The translations under genes were made by a program, and so were the position numbers. The notes below the pieces were generated by a model that did not search any database, was not told where the DNA came from, and saw nothing but the letters and a program-made list of their open reading frames with translations. Below are positions 1 through 11,267 of a DNA stretch of 64,000 nucleotides, piece after piece. The stretch comes from Octopus sinensis (lineage: Eukaryota), in assembly GCF_006345805.1 (NCBI RefSeq), contig NC_042998.1, forward strand, positions 80,352,001 through 80,416,000, written 5' to 3'. The stretch's first letter is position 1; each line of letters opens with the position of its first letter.

Positions 1-146
1 CATCGTTATTTAGCATCCATATTCTATGCTGGCATGGTTTGATGGGGCTCAACAGGTTAGAGGACTGCATCAAGTCCCAATGTGTTTTGGCATTGTTTCT
101 ACAGTTGGAAACCTTTCCTAATACCAGTAACTTTACAGAATATACT

Positions 147-1636
147 GTGTGTGTGGTGTGTGTGTGTGTCTCTTGCCAGCACCAGTAAAGTCACCAGGCA
201 GCTTGCAATGACAAGACCCTTTGAGAGGAAGTGTAGTATTGCGGGAGGTGGTTTATGCCAGATGCTGAGAAGCAAGAATATGATAGAAAGGTAGGAACAG
301 GTGTCATGCTGTAGTGGCTATCCCAGCTAGAAAAGGAGAGAAGATGGCAGTGGAGAATTGTATACACACACTATAAATGAGAAAAACAGGGTCAGAGCAA
401 ACTCTTGGCAACTGGAGGCCATTGATCCAATTTCTATTTTTATTGAGATCTGACTTTAGTCATTCAGCTGATATCATTGGAAAAGATAATTACTACTACA
501 ATTTTAAATTCACCCCACCCTTGACCCCTACTCCCTCTCCCTCCCATGAATCTAAGGCCTTATCTTTAATGAAGTGATTTTCATGATCATTGGCTCTTGT
601 TAGTTTTCACTTAAAAAAAAAGACTTTAAATTTTCCATTTATTTATATTTCTTCCCACTCCTCATTTGAATCAATTGTTTGCAACGAGTGTAGGCTGGTG
701 GTGATTTCATATATATGTATATATATATATATGCTAAGCAAGATCAGAGACAAAGATTGATGTTGAAGCCATAGAAAAGAGAGGGCACAACTATATCATA
801 ACTGTAAAGTGTTGATGAATAATGACTTGCCAATATAGCAGTTGACATTTTTTTAAAAATACACTGCAGAAGAGAGAGAGAGAGTGTGTGTGTGTGTGGT
901 GTGTGTGTGTGTCTCTTGCCAGCACCAGTAAAGTCACCAGGCAGCTTGCAATGACAAGACCCTTTGAGAGGAAGTGTAGTATTGCGGGAGGTGGTTTATG
1001 CCAGATGCTGAGAAGCAAGAATATGATAGAAAGGTAGGAACAGGTGTCATGCTGTAGTGGCTATCCCAGCTAGAAAAGGAGAGAAGATGGCAGTGGAGAA
1101 TTGTATACACACACTATAAATGAGAAAAACAGGGTCAGAGCAAACTCTTGGCAACTGGAGGCCATTGATCCAATTTCTATTTTTATTGAGATCTGACTTT
1201 AGTCATTCAGCTGATATCATTGGAAAAGATAATTACTACTACAATTTTAAATTCACCCCACCCTTGACCCCTACTCCCTCTCCCTCCCATGAATCTAAGG
1301 CCTTATCTTTAATGAAGTGATTTTCATGATCATTGGCTCTTTGTTAGTTTTCACTTAAAAAAAAAAGACTTTAAATTTTCCATTTATTTATATTTCTTCC
1401 CACTCCTCATTTGAATCAATTGTTTGCAACGAGTGTAGGCTGGTGGTGATTTCATATATATGTATATATATATATATGCTAAGCAAGATCAGAGACAAAG
1501 ATTGATGTTGAAGCCATAGAAAAGAGAGGGCACAACTATATCATAACTGTAAAGTGTTGATGAATAATGACTTGCCAATATAGCAGTTGACATTTTTTTT
1601 AAAAATACACTGCAGAAGAGAGAGAGAGTGTGTGTG
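147..1636. repeat. Near-perfect ~743-bp direct tandem duplication bounded by (TG)n microsatellites
   Basis: Identical 66-aa ORFs at 377 and 1120 (offset 743). The differences I saw between copies are homopolymer-length changes. Confidence 0.95.
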
Positions 1637-4600
1637 TGTGTGTGTGTGTGTGCACGCGCGCACAGAATCCTACATATGTGAACAAAGCTTTCATGTAGAG
1701 TGTATTTCAGCAAACTATATTGTCAGTAGCTGTTTTGACAATGAAATATTTCAAATATTTCTACGACATTTGTCTTTGTACTGCTTCTTATCCATTTTTT
1801 TTTCATACTAAAAGTCAAGGAGGTAGTTTTTGTTGCAAATGCTGACATTTGTATATTGTTGGATAGGTGATTTTACACGTATAAACTCTTTCGCTTTATG
1901 AAGATCCAAGTTCTCACTTTAAAATCTTAGATTCAATGCCTTATATCAAAAGTTATTATGATCATCATTACCATTTGATGTCTATTTTTCCATGCTGATA
2001 TGGATTGGACAGTTTGATCGGAAGTAGTGGGCCAGAGGATTGCACCAAGCTTCAGTGTTTGCCTTGACATAGTTTCTATGACTCGATGCCCTTTCTAACA
2101 CCAACCACTTTACAGAATGTACTAGGTGCTTTTCATGTGGCACCAGCACCAGTGAGGTCACCAAGTAACTCACATAACGCAGCTCCTCTGCTGAGAGAAG
2201 TGTAATACTGAGGGAAGTACCTCATCAATTAGGAGGAAATACATGGATGCCAAGGAGTTAGTTAATAATGTACTGAGAATGATAAAAAAAATTCTAAAAA
2301 CGAAAACTCTACAAGATATGATTTGTTTAAAATCTATTTTGGATTTTGATTTGTGAAGGATTACAAACTTAATCAACCTCAATAAGTTTCATAATTTCCA
2401 AGAGACTGGACTCATCAACAGTCTAGTCTCTCTGGCTACAATATATTATTACAGCAGAGTAACTATAACTAAATTATTATTTTCTTCATTGATTGTGTTC
2501 ATATGATAATGTTTCATATGATAAAATCTTAATTCAGATACAAAAAAAGAAAACCATATATTTTTCTTTATTGCTTTACATTCATCATTTGTTGCTAATG
2601 AACAAATGCAGTTAAGTTCTGCTTGAGATAACCCATGACAGTAGGGTAATTAATCAAACAAAGCATTTAATCACTGTTTCTACTGATGATTAATTCATCT
2701 TTGTTGTAGGGCATCATGTCCTAAAGTTTAACATTTAGAAGATAGAGTTTATTACTAACAAGACAGCATCCAAAGAGCCACACCCGATTATTTCATTCCA
2801 GAATGAAATGACTTCTGTTATAGGTCTGTTTGATCAAAGTTGACCTGGTGCTAAATAATAAGGTGCCACCAGCTGACACTCACAACCAAGTCCTGGTTTG
2901 GTAGCATGTACCATACTTTCAATAATTGTTTTGGATTCCTATGTAATCATGAGCAGACACACACAAAATGTGGCAGATGGAAGAAAAGGGGGCTACACTA
3001 GCACTCAGCTGGTACTTATTGCAGCTGAATAGATTGGAGCAATGTGAAATAAAGTACCTTGCTCAAAGACATAACACACTGCCTGGTCCAGGAATTGAAC
3101 TCACATCCTAATCATACCAAGCTGAACCCCCTAACCACACAACCTCATGGCTAAATAATAACAACCACATTTAATTAATCAATGCTTCAGATGAATAAAA
3201 CAGGGACTTGAGCAAAAGAAACAAGCTCAATCTCAAGTATTAGATGAAGATTCATTAGTCTGTCTCACTGATACAATATAAAACTTAATGAGATGACTTC
3301 ACAAACTAGCTTGTCATTTTTGTGCCAGAAAATAAGAAAAGGTTGATCTCTTTATATTCAGATATGTTTACAGAATTTTAAATAACACTCCTATTCTTTT
3401 TGTAGCTAAAAAAGATGCTTCTGTTTTTAGTGTCGAAATAAACATCAGTAGGCTTTGTATTCAAACGTTAAAAAAAAAAAAAACAGATAAAGGAAAGAAA
3501 ACAATGCATCTGATTCATTTTGTTCCAACCTAAACACAAATATGCACATGTGCACACACATACACACACAAAAGCATGTGCATGCATACATATCTGCACA
3601 CAGACTTAGATTGATCAGAAAAACTATTTTAGAGCTGATATCACAATAACTATAGCAGTTCAGCATTATACCCACAATTAACAATAGGAAAGAGATACAG
3701 GTATAAAACCTAGTGTATGAGTGGTGCTGTGTTAGGTGCAGAAACACGTAGAATAACATTGCTGTATTACAGACAGCATTGAACATAAAAGTGAATAATG
3801 ACAATTCCACTCTTTAACACAATACCTACTTGCCTGAAACAAATACTGGTGCCATAAGGCATAAAACTGGCTGATTTACAGTATTTAAATTAAAACCTTG
3901 TATCATAATTTTTATGTAAAACTTTTTATTAATTTATGTTCCAAACACCTGCTTAATTAATACTTTCATTATTTTACTAAATCCTTCCACTTGAGTATTT
4001 CATTAGAAATGTAATCACATAGTGACAAGAGTGAAGTAACACAGTTGAAATTAGTTTCCCATTATAAACTCTTTAAAAGATTCTATATATTTGTGTTGTC
4101 ACCTTGGGTGAAACTCCATTAAAATAAATGTTAAATTTCAGGGAAAATATTTTCCTTAGTGAAGGTGGTGGATTGCAAGGTGCAGTAGTAGGTTTCTAGT
4201 GAGTATTCAACTTTATTGACATTGCTAATGCACTTTGGAAAGACATTAAAAATGCAGCGTCTTCAAGCTACCTTCCTTACAGCTAAGGGGTACTTAAAAC
4301 AAAACAAACCATAAGTGTTTATTTTAACAAATATATACAACCATGACAGAATTATATATACAACACAGATTGTTAAAGTGAGAGAAAAGAAGAGGGTAGA
4401 GAAAGATATGTATACAGAAAGAAAGAGGGACAGAAAGAGGTAGAAAGACAGAGAAAGAGATGCAGCCGGGCAAGGCAGTAAGGTGAAAGTGACTGCTTGC
4501 TCAGGGCTGACCTGGGACTATATAACAACAACAACAACAATCAGAAGTAGTCTGGGCAAGGCAAATATCAAGCAAGATGGTTTACAAGTGGACATGCTGC

Positions 4601-4671
4601 AGTTTAGTCACACAACTACACACACTGATGTTCCACTAATATTCAATCCATGCGGGTGAAATTTTTTTTAC

Positions 4672-4702
4672 CTGCATATTCCACATGTATTGGTCAGTGT
4701 TG
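4672..4702 (-). CDS. Candidate 31-nt cassette exon carrying an in-frame stop (Q-H-stop) after exon D
   Basis: Acceptor ttttttttgcctgttttccctgtacag| and donor CAG|gtaaaa. Sequence CAACACTGACCAATACATGTGGAATATGCAG. GCATG motifs lie downstream on the transcript strand at 4653-4649 and 4597-4593. Confidence 0.5.
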
Positions 4703-5871
4703 CTGTACAGGGAAAACAGGCAAAAAAAATTGAAGACGAAGCAAACACAAATTTCTAGAAATTTCTATACGGACATTGTAAAAATATTTGTTTAAAGGAT
4801 TCATTACAATTTTAGTAACTGAGAAGATATAAAATAAATATAATGAAATAAAACTTTACATTAAACAAATGGTATATGCCATCTGGAGAATATGTAACAC
4901 AGTAATAACTGATAATTTTCCCAAGTATCACGCTGTGCAATATTTTAGATATCAGACTAACAGATAGAAAAGCATGATTATTTTCTTATTTTTTACAATA
5001 TGATTTTGTATAAGGCCATTCGAAAGAAAATCTTCACAAATCAAGTAATAGATTTTGACAGTCAAGAAATTACATATTTTTACTGTAGGAGATCAATCAT
5101 AATAAAACTAAACTACTATTTATTTACTTTGAATATTTTCAGGACATATGATCAATCTAATTTATAGATTCGTCTGGGCAAAAAAGTTCATTTTTGTAGG
5201 TATAATTAGTGGGATTTATAATGGCATTTTGTCAACACTATAACACTCTTCACTAATTATAATCTCTTTTAAATAACTTTCTTAAAGTAAAATATGTTCA
5301 ACATAAATATCAGAATATATCCATTAACTGACATAACTACCTTAATTCATTAAAACAAACATAAAATACAAAGTTACTTAATTAAAAAAAAAAAAATATT
5401 GAAATAATTTCAGTTGAATTTTACTTATAAGTATAATGTATTTGTTGTAAATTTTACAGAAAATATATATTTCATTTAATTTATATTTTCAAAATAATAT
5501 AATTTACCTGATGAATATTTTCAGGACAATATATTTTATATGGTTATATATATTTCCAAGTCAATTTTTATCAAAGTATATTTTGAGGACAGTATAATTT
5601 ACTTGATGTATATTTTTCAAGAACTTTTGCAATATAATTGAAATGCTTGAATGTACAATTGGGATCGATATATTATATTTCTGGCAAATTTTCAGGACAG
5701 TATATATTTAATCTATGACATACTTTCAAGATCATCTTTTTACTCCTTTAATCTTGGGAAATAAATTTCCTGAAAAATTGGCCAACACACGAAAATTTTT
5801 TCAAAGAATCATCTATAAATCTGTTACAACTGACATTGTTTGAAGATGATCACAAGTATCTATCATCTTAC

Positions 5872-5976
5872 CTTGTTCAGAAGTGCTATTTCTTTTTCTA
5901 ACTCAGCAATCCGTCGATCTTTGTCATCAAGTAATTTTATAAGGCGTCGGTTCTCTTCACGCTCTCGGTTGAGGAG
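5872..5976 (-). CDS. PAWR: PAWR-like coiled-coil exon D (105 nt, phase 0->0): LLNREREENRRLIKLLDDKDRRIAELEKEIALLNK
   Basis: Acceptor tttttgttttcag|CTC, donor AAG|gtaaga. Close by-eye match to the Par-4 C-terminal coiled coil VVRERQENLRLVRLMQDKEEMIGKLKEEIDLLNR. The next exon (the DLDD...QL leucine zipper) is not seen in 1..5871. Confidence 0.9.
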
Positions 5977-6177
5977 CTGAAAACAAAAATAAAAAGTGAT
6001 TTTTATCATTTATTTTCCTATTGTTACTATTATCATTATAAATAGGTGCAGGCAAGGCTGTGTAGTTAAGAAGTTTGCTTCCCAACCACATGGATTCTGG
6101 TTCAGTCCCACTGTATGGCACCTTGGGGAAGTGAGAAACTGAAAGAAGCCCATTATATATATATGTTTGTTATATTG

Positions 6178-6392
6178 CCTTATAAGGGGCTAAACATAGA
6201 GGTGACAAACAAGGACAGACAAACGGATTAAGTCGATTATATTAACCCCAGTGCGTAACTGGTACTTAATTTATCAACCCCAAAAGGATGAAAGGCAAAG
6301 TCGACCTCGGTGGAATTTGAACTCAGAACGTAGCAGCAGACGAAAGACCACTAAGCATTTCGCCCAGCGTACTAATGATTCTGCTAGTTCAC
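6178..6392 (-). mobile_element. tRNA-related SINE with MetaSINE-like core, nested in an older SINE
   Basis: Same family as 17972-18201. Core GCCTTTCATCCTTT..GGGG.TGATAAATTAAGTACCAG on the minus strand. Confidence 0.8.
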
Positions 6393-6831
6393 ATATATAA
6401 TATGTTTGTGTCATCTAGTCTTGACATTGTACTAGTTGTTAACAAGACTGTCACACAAAATGTCATAAATTTCCAATATTCTGCAAAATCATGTCTGGTC
6501 ATGGGGAAATAAATATCTTACTAAGAAAAAAATGAAGGTTGACAATAAGTAGGGTGTCTAGTAATAGAAAATCTACTTCAATAAATTTCATCCAACCCAT
6601 GAAAGTATGGGAAAGTAGAAGTTAAAACAATGATGATCATTATTATATATATATTTTTTCACTTTAATTCATTATCTATATCCATCATTTCCAGTGTTAC
6701 CATCTAGTAACAAGTGAAGACATAACCAAGAGAAATGACTCAGCACTAACTTCACAAAATAAGTGAAGTTAGTGCTGTCATACATTATTTAGGAAGGAAA
6801 AAAAAATTTCAAACCATCTAATAAAACTATG

Positions 6832-7131
6832 GTGGAGGCGCAATGGCCCAGTGGTTAGGGCAGCGGACTCGCGGTCGGAGGATCACGGTTTCGATTCCCA
6901 GACCAGTTGTTGTGTGTATTTATTGAGTGAAAACACCTAAAAGCTCCATGAGGCTCCGGTGGTGACCCCTGTTGTACTCTTTCTCTACAACTATCTCTCA
7001 CTCTCTCTTGTTTCTTGAGTAACACTGTGATGGACTGGCATCCCATCCAGCTGGGGGGAACACATACGCCACAGAAACTGGGAAACCGGGCCCATGAGCC
7101 TGGCTAGGCTTGAAAAGGGTGATGTTACGTT
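6832..7131 (+). mobile_element. Young tRNA-derived SINE with 13-bp TSD
   Basis: A box TGGCCCAGTGG and B box GGTTTCGATTCC. TSD taataaaactatg at 6819-6831 and 7132-7144. Retains CpGs. Confidence 0.9.
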
Positions 7132-7442
7132 TAATAAAACTATGTAGTGAGGAGAATTATAAAGTTGCTCAATGACTAATACTGATAACATCTGATTTTG
7201 ACAAGAGGAGACAACACTAGGCATGTTTCCATGTTTATCACACTTTCTTGGGGAAGCAAATTCAGCCTAACAAGTTAAAGAATCACTATACTGGTGTACA
7301 ATAACGAACAAAAATAAGCATCAAAAGTTATCCTAAGTTACTGAGGAAAATTAGAGACACCATTTGCACACAAATGAACAACAGTAAAGTTAGCACCATC
7401 ATATTGTGCTAATATTTTGCCGTCTTCATTACATAACTTTTA

Positions 7443-7925
7443 TTAATTAAAATAGCCATCTGTGTATCATACTTAATGTATACACAGTTGATAGCCAGTT
7501 ATTGCCATATTTGTCTTAAGATAACATATCTTATGAACATTTTGCGCTAAAAATGCAATAAACATCAGAGAAAGTGAGACAAAAAAATTCATACCAGCTG
7601 CAGCAGCAGCCAGTGTGAAGCCAGATGCATTTTGGCATTTTGGGGCCTTTTCGTAACATAAGTGAATGTTTTATTCATTTTTCCCTATAGCAGAGATCAT
7701 GAATTTTTGTCCAAGCATGTGGCTGGCTGCAAGTATGCACCACTGCAAAAGCTCAGTGAGCCTAAAATGAATCTGGTGCTGGGTGTAATTTCTGTATCTC
7801 TCTCTGGTATTTATCACGTTTTGAAAACAAGTCCGTAAGTGATGTTATCTCAGTACAAATACTGCAGCAACTGGCCTATCAACATTGTATACACAGTATG
7901 TATGATATATAGCTATTTTAATTAA
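7443..7925. mobile_element. Fold-back/MITE-like element with long degenerate terminal inverted repeats
   Basis: ttaattaaaatagc...tgtataca..gttgatagccagtt...agataacat...cagagaa on the left is mirrored by tctctggt...atgttatct...aactggcctatcaac..tgtataca...gctattttaattaa on the right. Confidence 0.7.
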
Positions 7926-9134
7926 ATACTGCCTCAGCTGTGTACACCTGACTTTCATTAATTAATTCATTTTTTTTCTTTTTCCTCATTAAGTATGACG
8001 GTACTATCTTGGCTGATGGATTAACTTACAATGTTACATAATATACATGCTACACACAAACCACACACACATAAATAATTAACTAAAAAAACAACTAAAA
8101 GTAGACAAGACAAAAATACAATACAACATTTAAGAAAATATATAATGTACAAGGTCTTTCATGAAGACAATGCTCTCTGAAAAGTATAATGAGCAGTGCA
8201 GTTAAGGAAAAATGTTTTGTATTTCATGCAACTTGTTGCCAGCTATTTGACAGACTGGTCGGCACGTTTTCTCATTAACCCAAGCACAATAACCACTACA
8301 GGAATTGTTGGTTCTTGTCTTGTTTTTTTTTTTTTTAAATGTTGCAACAGTTTTGTTATTTATATCTTCAACTCATTGTACTTTGCTAATTTGTGAAACT
8401 TCTTTGCAGTGTAGTAGTTGTTTGTAAAGTGAAAGAGGGATGAAAGCCATAACTATAAATAGGCATCATATCTAGTCCTTACTTTTCACTATTGCGTTTG
8501 GACTTGAATACATATTGTTGTTGTCTCTTTTAACCTCTGCCAATATATTAATTACATGTTCATGGTACACACCTGCCATACCCTTGAAGCACAAGGATCC
8601 TTCTCCCAAGTATTTAATTAAATGCATTATTATAAGGATATAACACTCTAATCCACTAATTTAATGTGACTAGACAAAGAGGCATATTGTGTTGGGGCAT
8701 ACCAGGATTCTATAATTTCACTTTTCTGTCTCATATCAATGTTTGTAATATTGAATTTCACAAAACACATTGCACAGAATTTATAAATTTTAGCCTTATC
8801 TTTACATAATGCATTCATCATCATCATCATCATCGTCGTTTAACGTCCGTTCTCCATGCTAGCATGGGTTGGACGGTTCGACCGGGGTTCTGGGAAGCCA
8901 GAAGGCTGCACCAGGCTCCAGTCTAATTTGGCAATGTTTCTACAGCTGGATGCCCTTCCTAACGCCAACCACTCCGTGAGTGTAGTGGGTGCTTTTTACG
9001 TGCCACCTGCACAGGTGCCAGGCGGGGCTGGCAACGGCCACGGTCAGATTGGTGTATTTTATGTGCCACCGGCACGGAAGCCAGACGGGCGGTGCTGGCA
9101 TCGGCCACGAGTTGGATAGTGCTTTTTACGTACC

Positions 9135-9570
9135 AGTGCTTTTTACGTACCACCAGACCAGGGATCCTGGCTGGTTCAATTCGATTTCGATTTCGCTTGC
9201 CCCAACATGTCTTCACAAGCAAAGGGGGTTGGCAAGGGTGCCTGTCGTACGGTCGCATTGGAGTATTTTACGTGCCACGGCCACGAGTCGGATAGTGCTT
9301 TTTACGTACCACCAGACCAGGGATCCTGGCTGGTTCAATTCGATTTCGATTTCGCTTGCCCCAACATGTCTTCACAAGCAAAGGAGGTTGGCATGGGTGC
9401 CTGTCGTACGGTCGCATTGGAGTATTTTACGTGCCACGGCCATGAGTCGGATAGTGCTTTTTACGTACCACCAGGCCAGGGATCCTGGCTGGTTCAATTC
9501 GGTTTCGATTTCGATTTCGCTTGCCCCAACATGTCTTCGCAAGCATGGGGGGTTGGCATGGGTGTCTGTC
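9135..9570. repeat. 159-bp tandem repeat (~2.7 copies) in the RTE 3' UTR
   Basis: Unit agtgctttttacgtaccacca..gggatcctggctggttcaattcg...gccccaacatgtcttc starts at 9135, 9294 and 9453. Confidence 0.9.
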
Positions 9571-9655
9571 GTCGGATGAGGTTCTATATCGACTTCGCTT
9601 GCCTCAGCCGGTCTTTGTGTCCAAGGGAGGGAAGGCATTCATAAGTGGGCTGGGC

Positions 9656-11049
9656 TCACTTGTCCTGCCTGGTCTTCTCACGCACAGAATACTTCCAAAG
9701 GTCTCGGTCTCTGGTCATTTCCTCAGTGAGGCCTAAAGTTCGAAGGTCGTGCTTCACCACCTCGTCCCAGGTTTTCCTGGGTCTACCTCTCCCACGGGTT
9801 CCCTCAACTGCTAGGGATTGGCACTTTCGCACACACCTATCTTCATCCATTCTCGCCACATGACCATACCAGCGCAATCGTCTCTCTTGCACACCACAAC
9901 TGATGCTTCTTAGGTACAACATTCTCTCAAGGTGCAAACGCTCTGGCGAGTATGTACACTGACATTACACATCCATCGGAGCATACTGGCTTCATTCCTC
10001 ACGAGCTTACGCATGTCCTCAGCAGTCACGGCCCATGTTTCGCTGCCATGTAGCATGGCTGTTCGTACACACGCATCATACAGTCTGCCTTTTACTCTGA
10101 GCGAGAGGCCTTTAGTCACCAGCAGAGGTAAGAGCTCCCTAAACTTTGCCCAGGCTATTCTTATTCTAGCAGTTACACTTTCAGCACACCCACCCCCACT
10201 ACTGACTTGGTCACCTAGATAACGGAAGCTATCAACTACTTCTAGTTTTTCCCCCTGGAAAGTGACGGAAGTTGTTTTCTGCAGATTTTCGGAGGTTAAT
10301 GCTCCCGAGCATCTGCCACATACAAAAACTATCTTCCCAGTTAGCCTACCTTTGACATTGCTGCACCTCTTATGTGTCCATAGCTTACACTGGGTACATC
10401 TTATAGAGTTTCTACCTACACCTTTTCTACAGATCGAGCAGGGCCATCTTCCTGAAGATATTTGTGGATTGTCTACCTTTCTACTTATTAGTACTTTGGT
10501 TTTAGCTAGGTTGACTCTAAGGCCCCTTGATTTTAAACCCTCCTTCCACACCTGGAACTTCTCCTCCAGTTCTGATAGTGACTCAGCAATAAGAGCAAGG
10601 TCGTCAGCGTAGAGGAGCTCCCAGGGACAGCCTGCCTTGAATTCCTCCGTAATTGCCTGGAGTACTATGATAAATAGGAGGGGGCTGAGTACTGAACCCT
10701 GGTGGACCCCAACCTCTACTTTGAATTCTTCTGTGTACATGTTGCCAACCCTAACCTTACTTACGGCATCTCTGTACATGGCTTGCACAGTCCTCACCAG
10801 CCATTCATCTATCCCTAGTTTCCTCATTGACCACCAGATAAGGGATCGGGGGACCCTATCAAAAGCTTTCTCCATGTCAACGAAAGCCAGGTACAGGGGC
10901 TTATCTTTGGCTAGGTATTTCTCCTGCAGCTGCCTTACCAGGAATATAGCATCAGTGGTGCTTTTCCCTGGCACGAACCCAAACTGCATCTCATCTAAAC
11001 TAACTCTCTCTCTAATTAGTTGGGCTATGACCCTCTCCGTAACCTTCAT
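9656..11049 (-). pseudogene. RTE ORF fragment: reverse transcriptase, PHD-like zinc finger and C-terminal domain, one frameshift near 9920
   Basis: ORF track 9910..11049 and 9656..9937. Comparison with the copy at ~24575 (ccaacctttctctc vs acaacattctctc) indicates a 1-nt deletion. Confidence 0.9.
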
Positions 11050-11267
11050 TGCATTATTTGTGGTTATTTATTTTAATTTTGTATTGTGCAGGTGTGGATA
11101 AGTACAAACAAGACTGTGTGGTTAAGAAGACTGCTTCATGACCATGTGGTCTTTGGTTCAGTCTCACAGCATGGCACCTTGAGCAAGTGTCTTCCAGTAT
11201 AGCCACAGGCTACTGAAAACCCTGTGAGTGGAATTTGGTAGACAGAAACTAAAAAGAAGCCTGTAGT

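Larger units (their letters stand above)
8813..11049 (-). mobile_element. 5'-truncated RTE-clade non-LTR retrotransposon (young copy) with (GAT)n tail
   Basis: RT ORF 9910..11049 with QFGF.PGKSTTDAIF, AFVDMEKAFDRV, GVHQGSVLSPLLF and LLYADD. The C-terminus LRWYGHVARM...RGRPRKTW is in 9656..9937. Long 3' UTR, (CAT)n on the plus strand at ~8816-8835, possible short TSD tgcatt. Confidence 0.95.

Noticed and set aside
5872-5976. Assignment to MYPT1/PPP1R12A instead of PAWR
   Set aside because: The RE-R-x-EN-x-RL...DK...I..L..EI.LLN pattern and the upstream LDDEDE...NT..NE exon fit Par-4 better, and no ankyrin-repeat or MYPT phosphosite exons are seen. A database search is still needed to confirm.
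6832-6905. Possible tRNA gene
   Set aside because: It has A and B boxes but continues into a SINE body flanked by a TSD, so it is a SINE head.
9135-9570. Repeat array as a possible CRISPR
   Set aside because: The units are fully repeated with no unique spacers, the context is eukaryotic and there are no cas genes. The same applies to 50472-50547.
8856-9736. Overlapping 67-196-aa ORFs with internal repeats
   Set aside because: They come from the GC-richer, tandemly repeated RTE 3' UTR and show no protein motifs.
9932-11101. Plus-strand ORFs opposite the RT
   Set aside because: Antisense shadows of the RTE coding sequence.
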